A stretch of DNA of 64,000 nucleotides, taken from NCBI GenBank assembly GCA_963833985.1, contig CAWIAD010000001.1, positions 1,280,001-1,344,000 of the forward strand. The letters run 5' to 3'. The position numbers were made by a program, and so were the translations under genes. Within the stretch, counting starts at the first letter, position 1. Each line of letters starts with the position of its first letter. Shown in pieces: positions 22,188-34,487 of the stretch. The DNA is from an uncultured Planctomycetaceae bacterium. GTDB taxonomy: Bacteria; Planctomycetota; Planctomycetia; Isosphaerales; Isosphaeraceae. The notes under the pieces are model-generated. The model was not told the DNA's origin, did not search any database, and saw only the letters and a list, made by a program, of their open reading frames with translations.

Positions 22188-22425
22188 AAAAAGTTCGGAC
22201 CGCGTGCCGGATCGGGAGCCGGCGCCGGGACCGGCGCGGCCGCAAAGGCGGGCGGCCGCATCCGGAATGTGGCCCATGCACGGGGGAGGATGGCGGGCCT
22301 GGCCCTCGGACTGGGCCGGAGCACGGCGAGGCCCGGGATCGACCCGGACCTCGATCCGATTCACGGCGACGGGGGCTTCCAGCAACGCCTGCACGGGCCG
22401 AACAGCCCGCGGGAAAGCCCGGGAG

Positions 22426-22498
<73 letters not shown>

Positions 22499-22711
22499 GA
22501 ATCCGCACCGCGAGAGCCGTCACGACTGGTGGCATCGTCCCCCAGGATGCGTCGTCGAGCAACCAGCAGATGCCCGGTCACTGCAGCCCAACGCGCTGAC
22601 CCGCGTGGCGTTGCGTGCCGCGGGCTGGACCCGGGGCCGCACGACATCGCCATCGTTTCCGGCGAGGAAGGGCGACGCAACGTGAAGACGGTCACGCGCT
22701 GCACCGATGCC

Positions 22712-22740
22712 ACGATAGGGCTGAGATGCGGCAATGTCAA
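22712..22740 (-). promoter_or_regulatory. Candidate sigma-70 promoter facing tRNA-Phe
   Basis: TTGACA-17-TATCGT on the minus strand. Confidence 0.5.
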
Positions 22741-22946
22741 CAGCGCTCGCCGGATCGGCAGGGCTGCCGGAACGGAGAGTTCCCCTGGATTCTGCCGGGT
22801 CGAGTTCTCACCCGTCGTGGCGCCGGCTTACGGTCTGAGAATGCTGGAGTTCTCTTCTCAGCGAGCGACGTCTTAGGCTTCTCAATGAGCCATCCTGGCA
22901 CGACGGCCGGGTGGGCAGCAGGCCGTGGAAGAGGTGCGTCACACAT

Positions 22947-23783
22947 ATGGATCCTCGATCGCAGAAGAACGCTCGCGAGGTTGAAGAACCTGCCGCGGAG
23001 GCATCGCAGTCCGGCCGTTTTCCGCTGGCGCGGTTGATCCAGCTCATCCTTCTGCTCCAGACCGAACGCTGTCCGAACGCCCGGCGGCTGGCGGAGCTCT
23101 GCGAGGTGAGCCGGCGGACCATCTATCGCGATCTTGCCGCGCTGGCCGAAGCAGGCATCAACGTGCTCTACCGGTCGGACCGCCAGGGATACGAGCTGGC
23201 CCAGAACGTGTTCTTGCACCCCCCGCGGATGGACGAGCGCGAGGCGCTGGCGCTGCTGGTGGCCTGCCGGCAATGGGGCTCGGCCGACGACCTGGGGTTG
23301 AGCCGGAGCGCCAATCAGGCCATCGACAAGCTGGTTCAGAGTCTTCCGGAGGCGATGCGTTCGCGCCTGCTGGCTGCCGCCGAGATCCTTGGCGAGGCCG
23401 CGGATCATCGCGTGTCCTCTGCCGGCCGCAGCGAGAGCGACGACTCGATTCTGCGGGCGCTGAGCGAACGCCGCCAGGTCCGCCTGCGTTATCGCGAACC
23501 GGGCACCGGCTCGACCGAGACGACGAAGCTGGCGATCTATCGCCTGGCCCGGGTGCACGGCTCGTGGTGCCTGGTGGGGCGTTCGACGCGGCACTGCCTC
23601 GTGCTCCTGATTCCGCTCCACCACGTCGAGCAAGTGGAGGTGACCGCTGACACTTACACGATTCCCCCACGGTTCAACCTGGCCCGCTTCCTGAGCCAGG
23701 CGGATACGTCGCCGAACCTGATTCTCTACCCCAGGCCCACCGCAGAGGAGGCCCGGCGAACCCCCGAGTCGCTGGGAAGTTGA
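22947..23783 (+). CDS. HTH-WYL transcriptional regulator (YafY/PafB-like)
   Basis: ARRLAELCEVSRRTIYRDLAAL winged HTH; VRLRYR...GSWCLVG WYL-like domain; FNLARFL. Confidence 0.88.
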   Translation: MDPRSQKNAREVEEPAAEASQSGRFPLARLIQLILLLQTERCPNARRLAELCEVSRRTIYRDLAALAEAGINVLYRSDRQGYELAQNVFLHPPRMDEREALALLVACRQWGSADDLGLSRSANQAIDKLVQSLPEAMRSRLLAAAEILGEAADHRVSSAGRSESDDSILRALSERRQVRLRYREPGTGSTETTKLAIYRLARVHGSWCLVGRSTRHCLVLLIPLHHVEQVEVTADTYTIPPRFNLARFLSQADTSPNLILYPRPTAEEARRTPESLGS

Positions 23784-23807
23784 CTCCCGCGCTCGGATTA
23801 CTACAAT
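23780..23807 (+). promoter_or_regulatory. Candidate sigma-70 promoter for tRNA-Ile
   Basis: TTGACT-16-TACAAT, ending 22 nt before the tRNA. Confidence 0.65.
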
Positions 23808-23829
23808 AGGGGACTCGGATCAAGCATCC

Positions 23830-23903
23830 GGGCGCATAGCTCAGTTGGCTAGAGCGCACCCCTGATAAGGGTGAGGTCGACTGTTCGAATCAGTCTGCGC
23901 CCA
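23830..23903 (+). tRNA. tRNA-Ile (GAT)
   Basis: GGGCGCATAGCTCAGTTGGCTAGAGCGCACCCCTGATAAGGGTGAGGTCGACTGTTCGAATCAGTCTGCGCCCA cloverleaf. Confidence 0.96.
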
Positions 23904-24408
23904 TTCCTGCCATATCTGTTCGGCCTTGCCTGCGCATGTCGTAAACTTACCGTGGCAGGCAACGCCGAGGATGACCTGCCGCGCGGTCCAGACGCTCTCG
24001 ACGAATGAAGAGAGCTGATCCATGAAGACCGCCGGCCCATCCTGGTGAACCTGTGAGCCGTGACACTGGCGGCCACCGTCGCGACCCATGGGATCGAGAG
24101 GCGGTACTGTGAGGGCCGGTCTCGTGGGACAGAACGCCACCGGTCCGGTCGCGTCCGACAAGATTCCGCTCTTGTCACCAGAAGAGAGAATCACCAGGAG
24201 ATTTGAAGAGCCAAGAATGGACTCTGGTCCCACGCGAGTGTTTCAGGGTCAACGGCTGAGGCTCGCCAGCGGCAAGTCCGTTCCAGCGGCCTCTTCCTTT
24301 TGTTCCGCATTCGTGGCCACGAGCAGCGGCCCCTGATTGTTCCCCTTCACTTGTGAGACAGACCCCAGGCCGGGGGAAGGGGCACTGCCCGCTCGCTCCG
24401 GCGGGCCG

Positions 24409-25662
<1,254 letters not shown>

Positions 25663-25680
25663 GATCGGGTCTCCCTTTCA

Positions 25681-27064
25681 TCAAGCGAGCTGGAATTCCG
25701 GGCACAGGAGCACACACTGGAGGGCCTTGCGCAGGCCGTTGACGTCATGGTCGCGATCGGCGGCCAGGATGAGGTCTCTGGATGCGGAGGCGAGGTCGTC
25801 CTGGAGGAGCAGATGGATGAACGCCCCGGCGCCGGCCTCCCGCGTGAGGTTGTGGCTCCCGGCCCAGTCGACCGGGTTGTACGGAGGAACGCCGCGATCG
25901 GGGTTCCCCCAGACGACGTCCGTCGCCCAGTTGAGGCGTTCCAGGATGGTGCTGCTGTTGATCCAGGCTTTGCCCCCGACCCAGCCCTTCACGTTCGGCG
26001 GTGCGAAGAGCTCCTGGCCCTGCTTCGTACAGGCCGTGGCCGCAGCCATCAGGTTGACATTCGGGCGCGAGACCTCGAGCATCCGCAGCAGGCCGATGGT
26101 GAATTCCACGGGCGATTTGATCCGGCGCCGGTACGACGCCCGGGAATAAAAATGCCGGGATCTCAAGATCATGGATATGACGTGATGGATGGAATAGCCG
26201 CTCGAGCGGAGGGCGTCCGCCAGGGGCTCGATCAACCCCGCGGTCGGTTCATTCTCCTCGGCCACGAACGCCCGGTAGAGCTTGCGCGCCAGGTGCCGGG
26301 CGGCTTCGGGGCGTGCCAGGGCGATGCGGACGATGTCGGCGGCCTTCCAGTTGCCGGTCTGGCCAAGGAATGCCTTGGGGCCGAGGTCATGGGCCTCGTC
26401 GTCGAACTCGAAGTTCGGGTTGGCGTCGGCCGGCATCGGGTTTCCGCCCGCGGGCACCCAGCCGGTGAAGGCGCGGGCGGCCTCGCGGATGTCGCGCTCG
26501 GAATAGGCACCTGCACCCAGCGTGAACAGCTCCAGGAACTCGCGGGCGAAGTTCTCGTTGGGCCGCTCGCGGTGGCTGGTACCGCCGTCGAGCCAGACGA
26601 GCATGGCCGGGTCGGCAATCATGGCCTCGAGCAGCCCGGCGAAGCCGCCGAGCGCACCTTTGCGAAGCGTCTCCACCTGGCCGGCCAGGGCGGTCACGCT
26701 GTCCACCTTCGTGAGGCTGGTGGCGAAGTGCCCGTGCCAGAAGAGCGTCAGCCGCTCGCGCAGGGGGTCGTTGCCGAGGAGCATGAGGTAAAGCCAGTAA
26801 GCGCGCAGCCGGCGGGGATCGCTCGAGGCGACGGCCCCTGCGCGGAGGCCTGCGCGGATGGCACGCTCCTCTTCCGAGGGGTCGGTCGGGCTCAGGAACC
26901 GTTCGACGCTCTCGGCCGGCCCGGCGGCGATGTCGCGCTCGAGCTCCGCCCGGGTCGCCCCGAACCCGGCGCGGCGGTGCAGGTGGGCCACCTTGCGCAG
27001 CGTCCCACGGATTGTCGGGCGTGGGCAGGAACGGGTCCCACGCGGTGGTGTCGATCTTCCTCAT
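25681..27064 (-). CDS. DUF1800 domain protein; frameshift near 27000
   Basis: HLHRRAGFG, ERLTLFWHGHFATS, PNENFAREFLELFTLG, EAARAFTGW, PPNVKGW, PEFQLA. Confidence 0.92.
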
Positions 27065-27067
27065 GGC

Positions 27068-30000
27068 TCACTCCGCCTGGTCGGGTTTGTGGATGACCAG
27101 GACGCCGAGATCCTTCGCCTCGCCTGGTTTGACTGTGAACTCGATCTCCGTCCTGACGGGCTGGTTGAACACGACGATCCGGTAGGTTGCGCCCGGGATC
27201 AGGGTCGGGAAGGTCATGCGGCCTTCTGCCTCGGTTTTCATGTCGCGGTAGCGATCGGGGTCGAGGTTTTCCACGTAGATCGAGTCTGCCTGAAGCGGGC
27301 TGGTCTTGCGGTTGCCGGGGAGGATGTCGCCCCACGAAGCACCCGGCGAGAGCACGAGCTCGAGATGAGCCGTCCTGTGACCCGCGCGAATGGGCTTGTC
27401 CTGAGCATCAACGAGCCGGACGGTCGCCGAGCCGCACGGTTGCAGTGTCACAGCGACGTCCTCCCCCGCCTGCTTGCCCGAGAGCTCGATGGCCGCGCCG
27501 CGCTGGTGCCTGGCGTCCAGGAAGAGGACCGGGGCCGAGGATCCGGGGTCGCAGCCGTTGAGCTCGAAGCGGCCCCCGCGCAGCGTCTTCCAGGCTGGAG
27601 CATGATTGACGCTGATGCCGTTTCTCGAAAGGTACCAGCGGCTCACGAGGACCGCCTCACGGACCGGCTGGCCGCCGGACTCGGTGAGATGACCGCGCAC
27701 CGTGACACCCCGTCGCAACGGGAACTCGACATCAAGGGGACCCTCGCCGGGCTTCGGGCTGAGCTTGCGGAAAGCGTCGGGGTAGTTTCGCGTGTTCGGC
27801 CAGTGGATCTCGCCGGCCAGCTCCACCGACGAGATCTCCTCGTGCAGGTAGTCGGCCGTCGGGCCCTTCACGAGGAGATAGCCGGGCCCCGGCATGATTC
27901 CCAGGCGGAACGTCCCATCGGCGGCCGTGAGCACTCTATGTTCGTCCGGGTTGAAGACCGCGGGATTGCCCTTGATGAAGAAGGGATTGTTGCGCTCGTG
28001 GGCCTGATGATAGACCACCGCGCCGGCGACGGGCCGGCCCGTGCCGGCTTCGGTGACCCGGCCGCGCACCAGGACGCCTTGGGGCAGGGCGATATCCACG
28101 TGCGACCGGACCGAGTCGCCCGGCACCACCAGCTCGCCGCGCATCAGGTAGGAGTCGCCCGCCGGATGAGGCGGAAAGACCTTCATCACGATCGATGCGC
28201 CGGGCGCGGCCTCGAGATGATAGCGTCCCTCCTGATCGGTGGAGAGCTTGGCGTCTCCGAGATACATTCCGATGCCATGCTTATCAGACATCGTTCGCGC
28301 CTCGATCTCTGCCGCGACGGCTGGTGGGCCGTCCTTCCCAAGGGTCACCCGGCCTTCGACGATGTGTGCGCGGCCGAGTGTGAGCGTGGCCGTGCCGGAA
28401 CCCGCCTTGATGTCCAGCCGCAACGCTTGCTTGCCGAATCCCGGCGCGCGGACCTCGAGGGCGGCCATATGGTCGGCCCCATAGCCGCGCACGGTGAACC
28501 GGCCGTCCCGGTCACTGGTCCATTTCCGGGCCAGCGGAGCGGGAAGTTCCTCGGACATCATCTCCGCCCCCAGTCCCGTGCCTCCCGTGGCGGGGTAGAC
28601 GCCAGAGGGCGAGACCTGGGCGCCGGCGATCGGCGAGCCTGTCAGATCAACGAGCCGGACCTCCACGGGCTGCTCAGCGGGGAGCCGGATCGGCTCCTCG
28701 ATGGTGGCGTTCAGGTCGAGAAGCTCCGTCGCCGCGAAGCCACACTCGGGCGCGGCCGCCACCAGGAGGCATGGCCCTTCATCGCTTGGGGGATCACCCA
28801 CCAGCTCGATGCGGAACCGACCCTGCGGATCGCAACGCCCGCGTCCCAGCAGCACGGCCGACGGCCCCTCAGACGCTCTGTACCCCCAGCGGAAGCGGGC
28901 CGCGACCGCGACGACCTCGGCCCCCGCGTGCGGCTTGCCGTCCGGTCCCAGGACCTGGCCGCTGACCACCGGGCGGGGCGTCTCCCGCGCCACCAGGCGT
29001 ACCGCGGCGAGCACTGCCGAGAGACCGAGCACGGCCGCCAGGCACGTGAACACCAGCCAGCGCGAAGGGCCGCGCCGGTTCCGGCGCGCGTCGAGGATGG
29101 CCCGCAGCCGGATTTCCAGTCCGCTTATCCGCGCCATCGCCAGGCCGGCAGGAGCCAGAGTTGGTGCGGGACGCAGCGACCGGGCCACATCGAGAAGCTG
29201 CGCCGCGTAATCCGACGCCCGCTCGCCCGCTTGCAGCACGAGGTCATCGCAGGCTTGCTCGCGCTCGGTCCGCAGCCGGGAAGCCGCCCACCAGGCAAGC
29301 GGATTGAACCAGTACGCCGCGCAGGCCGCCAGCCCCAGCCACTGAGTGAGACAGTCACGACGCCGGACGTGCGCCAGTTCGTGCAAGAGCACGGCCCGGC
29401 GCCGCTCCTGCGGCCACTCGTCGGCTTCTTCGGGAAGCAGCAGCACGGGCCGCATGACGCCCCAGGTCAGCGGCATCAGCGCCCGTCCGCCGCGCAGCAA
29501 GATCACATGTCGCCGGGTTCGCAGCCGTTCGGCCGCCTCGCAGAGCGCGCTGGCCCAGGACGAGTCGGTCATGCGCTCCGCGTGGCGTTCCAGCCGCCAG
29601 GTCGATGCGTAGCCGGCCGCGCCCCAGGCGAGGACGGCCAGCGTTCCGGCCAACCAGGTCAGGAGCGGCCAGGAGAAGGAGAGCCGGCTCGCGCCCGCGA
29701 CGCGGGACGGCACCGAGAGCACCTCCGTGGTGGCAGAGCTGGTGGTTTGCGGAACGACCGGGACCGCGACGACGGCCTCCTGCACCAGCCTGGCAGGCCG
29801 CGCCGCCGGCTCAGGAGCCGAGATCGTGCCGGATCCGGATCGGCCGGGCGGATCGAGGAGGGGCACTCCCCAGTCCGGCATCGCGAGGGCCAGCGGCAGC
29901 ACGGCCAGCGCCCCGGCGAGCCCCAGGCACCAGACCAGATGCCTCGTCGCCGCGGACCTGCGTCTCATGGCGAGCGCCGCGAGCCCGGCGCCGGCCAGGA

Positions 30001-30088
30001 CACCGGTCGCCTTGAGTGCGCAGGTGAGCCCCGTCATCACGCCACCGGCACCCAGATCGCTGAGGATGCTCCACGGATCGTCCATCAC
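27068..30088 (-). CDS. M56 (BlaR1-type) peptidase with carboxypeptidase-regulatory-like beta repeats
   Basis: RHLVW, P.TWGVMRPVLLLP, HELAHVRRRD, WFNPLAW, REQACDD; repeated G.V....G.P..GA.V units. Confidence 0.9.
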   Translation of the reverse strand: MMDDPWSILSDLGAGGVMTGLTCALKATGVLAGAGLAALAMRRRSAATRHLVWCLGLAGALAVLPLALAMPDWGVPLLDPPGRSGSGTISAPEPAARPARLVQEAVVAVPVVPQTTSSATTEVLSVPSRVAGASRLSFSWPLLTWLAGTLAVLAWGAAGYASTWRLERHAERMTDSSWASALCEAAERLRTRRHVILLRGGRALMPLTWGVMRPVLLLPEEADEWPQERRRAVLLHELAHVRRRDCLTQWLGLAACAAYWFNPLAWWAASRLRTEREQACDDLVLQAGERASDYAAQLLDVARSLRPAPTLAPAGLAMARISGLEIRLRAILDARRNRRGPSRWLVFTCLAAVLGLSAVLAAVRLVARETPRPVVSGQVLGPDGKPHAGAEVVAVAARFRWGYRASEGPSAVLLGRGRCDPQGRFRIELVGDPPSDEGPCLLVAAAPECGFAATELLDLNATIEEPIRLPAEQPVEVRLVDLTGSPIAGAQVSPSGVYPATGGTGLGAEMMSEELPAPLARKWTSDRDGRFTVRGYGADHMAALEVRAPGFGKQALRLDIKAGSGTATLTLGRAHIVEGRVTLGKDGPPAVAAEIEARTMSDKHGIGMYLGDAKLSTDQEGRYHLEAAPGASIVMKVFPPHPAGDSYLMRGELVVPGDSVRSHVDIALPQGVLVRGRVTEAGTGRPVAGAVVYHQAHERNNPFFIKGNPAVFNPDEHRVLTAADGTFRLGIMPGPGYLLVKGPTADYLHEEISSVELAGEIHWPNTRNYPDAFRKLSPKPGEGPLDVEFPLRRGVTVRGHLTESGGQPVREAVLVSRWYLSRNGISVNHAPAWKTLRGGRFELNGCDPGSSAPVLFLDARHQRGAAIELSGKQAGEDVAVTLQPCGSATVRLVDAQDKPIRAGHRTAHLELVLSPGASWGDILPGNRKTSPLQADSIYVENLDPDRYRDMKTEAEGRMTFPTLIPGATYRIVVFNQPVRTEIEFTVKPGEAKDLGVLVIHKPDQAE

Positions 30089-30145
30089 CCTGGCCCTCCG
30101 AGGTTGACTCGAGACACCTTCACAGACAGGAGTTACCCGGTGCGC

Positions 30146-33100
30146 TCAAGCCCCGTCAGTCTTCACCCGTACATCTCCCAGATCCATCGTCTGGCCCGGC
30201 TCGACCGTGAAGTCGCGCCAGCGGTGCGCGTGACCCGACCTGCCGCGCGTGTATTCGTAGGTCCGGTAAGTGGCACCCGGTATGAGCGCCGGGAGCGTGA
30301 TGTGCCCGTCGCGGTCTGCCTTGGGGCCGCTCCAGTAGTTTTGCCGGTCGACGTTGGCGTAGATCTCCTCGTCGGCCGCAAGCATGGCTCGCTCGGCATC
30401 GGTCAGCGTGTCGCCGCCGAAGTCGGTACCAGGGCCCGGCGTGCCCACGACTTGCAGGGGCAGTGTCCCCTTCGCGACTGGACGGCCATTCTCGTCGACC
30501 AGCCGGGCCGTCGCTGCACCGAGAGGCTGAAGCCTCACGGTCAGCGGCCGATCGGCCGCCATGGCAGCGTTCACGTCGATCGTCGCACCCCATCCGTCCT
30601 TGACATCGAGGAACGAGCATTTGTAGTGACCATCAGGCGCCAGGCCATGCAGCTCGAAGCGGCCGTCGCGCACGGGGATTGTGAAATCACCGCGCCAGAA
30701 TGTATGGAAGGGGGAGATGGAGAGCGTGGTGATGATCTCCGCGCTGGCCACCGTCTGGCCATCCGGCCCCACGACCAGGCCCTCGACCGTGACACCGGGC
30801 TTCAGGGCGACATCCGTGGCCAGCGGGGGCTGCCCCTGCTTGACCTCGTAAGGCACGAAGGCATGAGCATAGTGGCGCCGGCCGCCGGGCTTGCCTCCTT
30901 CGATCTCCCGGCTCCCTTTCATCTCGTGGACGAAGTCCGCCGTGGCCCCGTAGACCAGAAGCTGGCCCTTGCCGGGCGCCACGGCGATGGCGTAGCGGCC
31001 GTCGGGGCCGCTGGTGATGGCCGCCTGCCAGCCGGGAATGGTGCCCTTCCCCGCAACAACGTTCGACTGGCCGTTCTCGTAAAAGACGCTGGCACCGGCC
31101 AGGGGACGATTGCTGCCGCGCTCGGTGATGCGGCCGGTCAGCAGCACGCCGCGCGGCACATTCAGGTTGATCTCGCGCGTGCAGCCCCCTCCTCGCCCTC
31201 GAAGTTTCGCTCGAAGATCAGGTAGGGAGACCCTGCCGGGGGGTATACCGTGACGCTCACAAACTTTCCGGAATGTGGCAGGGACTCGTATCGGCCGTCC
31301 GCGCCGGTGCGCGACTCGTCGGAACCCTTGCTGAACAGGTCCTTGCCAGATCCGACCACCACGAGGGCGCCGGCAAGCGGTGCGCCGGTGTCGGCACAGA
31401 TGGCCCGGCCCCAGACGCGCATCGCCGGCTGAACGGCGAGGGTGGTACGCTTGGGACCGTTGCTGGCGTTGTTCTCGATGCCCAGGGACTGGTGCGCGAG
31501 CTTGGGGCCCGCGAGCTTCAGGCTCACGGTCACGCCGCGCCCGATACCCGCGAGATGAATCCAGCCGTCGGCATCGCTGGTCATCGAGCTGGGCCAGATG
31601 CCATCCAGCCCTTCGATGAGGCCCCTGGGAAAGTACACCCCGTCATAGCGGCCGCCATCCTGCGCGGGCACGCCCATGCCCGTCACCTGAACCGTGGCAC
31701 CGGCCGCCGGGGCTCCTTGCAGGTCGACGAGCCGGGCTTCGATGAGCTGCTCGGGCCTGAGCCGCACGTCGGCCGCGGGTGCCAGGGCGTCACGATTCAT
31801 CTCGGCCCAGCCCAGGGCGAACCCGGGCCGGGAGGCCAGGGCGTACAGCTCATAATGCGTGAGCGACGAGGTTCGCGGCACCTCGAGGAGGAACCGGCCG
31901 TCGCCGCCGGCCTCGCCGCGACCGAGCACGGCATGCTGGTCTGCCGACCGGGCGGTGAGCGCCGCCAGCTTGCGCCGCGCCAGGATGACCACCTTTGCTC
32001 CCGGCGCGGGCTTGCCGTCAGGATCGAGTACGCGTCCGGCTACCTGCATCCGCTCGGAGCGGCCCGATCGATTCTGCGTCGTCGGGGCCACGGTTTTCGG
32101 CTCGTCGCGGGCCGCGAGCCGGGCCGTCGAGAGCGGCAGCACAACGGCCGCGGCCAGCGCGATGAGCAGACCCGCCCCGCGCCGGTTCACGCTGCGGTGG
32201 CTGCGCGACGGATCGAGGATCGCCCGGATGCGTGCTTCGAGCTGCAATGGCCTCGCCATGGACACGGCCGCGGTGGCGAGCCCGGGCGTCGAACGGAACG
32301 CCCGTGCCACGTCAACCAGGTGAGCCGCGTACTCGGTGGCGCACGTGCCGGCTTGCAAGACCATGTCGTCGCAGGCGCGCTCGCTCTCGACCCGCAGCCT
32401 GCGTGCCGCCAGCCAGACGAGCGGATGGAACCAGTACACCGCACAGGCAAGGCGGGCCAGCATCTGCGTCAGGCAGTCCCACCGTGTGACGTGGGCCAGC
32501 TCGTGCAGCAGTACCGCCCGGAGCCGCTCGCGGGGCCAGGCCTCGGCCCCGGCCGGCAGCAGGATCACCGGCCGCAGCAGGCCCCAGGTCATGGGCGAAG
32601 ACGACGTGTCGCCCCGGAGGATGCGCACACCGCGCCGTCCGCGCAGGGAACCGGCCAGATGACGGGCCAGTTCCAGGAGTGTCTCATCCCGTGTGATCGC
32701 GCAGCGGTGGGCGATGCGGCGGACTGCCGCCAGACCCCCAGGAACCGGGGCAAGCACGCACACCACGCCCATGCCCCAGGCCGCGGCGATCCAGAAAGCC
32801 CAGCTCGCGGCAAGGCGCTTCACCTCGGGCACAGGCCTCATGATGGGCTCGACATCGCGGCGTCCGGGGTCGCCGATCGGCCGCGTCATCCGCGTGCCGG
32901 AGGCCGCCAGGTCCGCGGGAGTCGCGCTCGTGATCGCCTCGTGGGCAACCGCCGTCCGCGCGTCGGCGTCCCCGGCCGGTGCCGGAGGTCGAGTGCCTGG
33001 CAGAACGGGTACGCTCCAGGGCGGCAGGCCGAACGTCAACCCGGGGATCACCAGGGTTCCCGCGAGGGCCAATGTCCACACCAGGTGGCGCAATGAAGCC

Positions 33101-33237
33101 GAGGCACGCCCTAGCCCTGCGCTGGCAAGGAAGGCCACGGCCAGTGCGATCGTGGCCCGGAGCGCGCTGGCCACGGCGACCTGGCGCCACGTGTCGAGCG
33201 AGCCTGGCATCGAGCCGAGGTCGAGGAGCATCTCCAT
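30146..33237 (-). CDS. Second M56 (BlaR1-type) peptidase with the same architecture; frameshift near 31165
   Basis: [27 protein letters not shown] 30146..31159 matches the paralog C-terminus (LIPGATYR...FTVEPG..DLG). Confidence 0.88.
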
Positions 33238-33239
33238 GG

Positions 33240-33629
33240 TCAGCGTCCCTCCTTCCGGGCCTGGTCGATGAGGCCGGAAATCCGGTCCAGGTCTTCATCG
33301 CTGAGCTTGGCGCCGGGCTCGCCGAGCAGTGCCGCGACGGCCTGCGCCGTGGAGCCCTCGAAGAACGTTTGCACCACCTGGCGGATCGCCGAGCGGCGGG
33401 CCTTGTCGCGCCGGACCGTGGGCAGGAACACGTAGCGCGGGCCGTCCTGCTCGTGCCGCAGGTGCCCCTTCGCTTCGAGCACCCGCAGGAGCGCCCGGAT
33501 GGCCGAGTAGCTGGGCGGGTCGGCAAGGCCCTCCTGGACCTCGGCGGCCGTCGCCCGGCCCCTCCGGTAAATGACGTCCATGATCTGCCGCTCCCGGCGG
33601 CTGAGCGATTCGTGCGTGGGACGACCCAT
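33240..33629 (-). CDS. BlaI/MecI/CopY family repressor
   Basis: LSRRERQIMDVIY, YSAIRALLRVLEAKG, FFEGS...LL; directly upstream of M56. Confidence 0.93.
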   Translation of the reverse strand: MGRPTHESLSRRERQIMDVIYRRGRATAAEVQEGLADPPSYSAIRALLRVLEAKGHLRHEQDGPRYVFLPTVRRDKARRSAIRQVVQTFFEGSTAQAVAALLGEPGAKLSDEDLDRISGLIDQARKEGR

Positions 33630-33695
33630 GAGACTTCCATCTCCGCTTGCTGGCCCGTGGCGCTCCTCTCCCGCCGGTCAACCCGGCTCAGAGAG

Positions 33696-33730
33696 TGCTG
33701 AAAAACCAGCATGATGCTAAAATCCTAGCA
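33696..33730. promoter_or_regulatory. Two tandem 16-bp palindromes; candidate BlaI operators
   Basis: TGCTG-AAAAAC-CAGCA (33696-33711) and TGCTA-AAATCC-TAGCA (33715-33730), 67-101 bp upstream of blaI. Confidence 0.7.
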
Positions 33731-33949
33731 TGTTGCACGAGCCCGTCAAGGGGTCTGCTCATTTTTTGGCGCCCGGGGTCCGGCAACGATGCTCGAGGGG
33801 GATCATTCCCGGGAGGCAGGCTCAGAACCAGGAACCGACAGTTTTTCAGATCCCGGCTGCCTCGCGACGAATCCGTTCCCGGCAGCTTTCTCGAACGCGT
33901 CGGGCCGGCGAATCGGTTGCAATTACCTTGCACACAATACGATCGAAAT

Positions 33950-34112
33950 CGTTAGTAATTTATATTATAAATATCTTTGTTCCTCGTTCCCACGCGGAGC
34001 GTGGGAACAAGTTTGTCGCACATATATTAGATAATGAATAAAAAATTCTACGACATGTGTGCGCCTCGTTCCCACGCTCCGCGTGGGAATGCCGTCTGCG
34101 ACGCTCCGCGTC
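33950..34112 (-). repeat. REP family C cluster with AT-rich flanks
   Basis: GTTCCCACGC-N3-GCGTGGGAA(C/T) at 33986 and 34068 plus secondary GACGCTCCGCGTC; flanks match the 52 kb array in reverse orientation. Confidence 0.85.
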
Positions 34113-34487
34113 GCTCGGGCCGGTGCGTAGGCCGGGGAATCCGCGGCAAGCGCCGCGTCCCCAGGCTCGGCAAGTGGTTCCACCCGCACCACCGCGAGGC
34201 CAGCCACCGCCAGCGCGATCTCCGCCCCATGATCATGAAGCGCGGCGGTACCGTCTCGACCGGGGCCGCTTCGTAGCCGGTCAGAAAACTGATACACACA
34301 GATCATGCCGGGTTGAGACGAGGGGAGGCCGCCGGCTGTCTACCGGAACCGTTGATCCCGCTCTCCGGCCACAAGAAGACCGTAGGAGCGGATCCGTCGC
34401 GGCCAGGTCCGCTCTGGGCCGTATACACCGTCCGGCGGCAGCCTGCCCGCTGCCCCTTTGGAATGAACGAAAGGAGCAGAGCGACCG

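Noticed and set aside
23904..24408. Gene or ncRNA downstream of tRNA-Ile
   Set aside because: Short ORFs lack RBS or motifs; no recognisable RNA structure.
26858..31225. 1455-aa plus-strand ORF and other long antisense ORFs (24568..27096, 40598..43759, 17414..19546, 48728..50875)
   Set aside because: Shadow frames of well-supported opposite-strand genes in high-GC DNA; no recognisable motifs.
33768..33778. attR copy of the tRNA-Arg 3' end (GCGCCCGG)
   Set aside because: Only an 8-bp GC-rich match, expected by chance.
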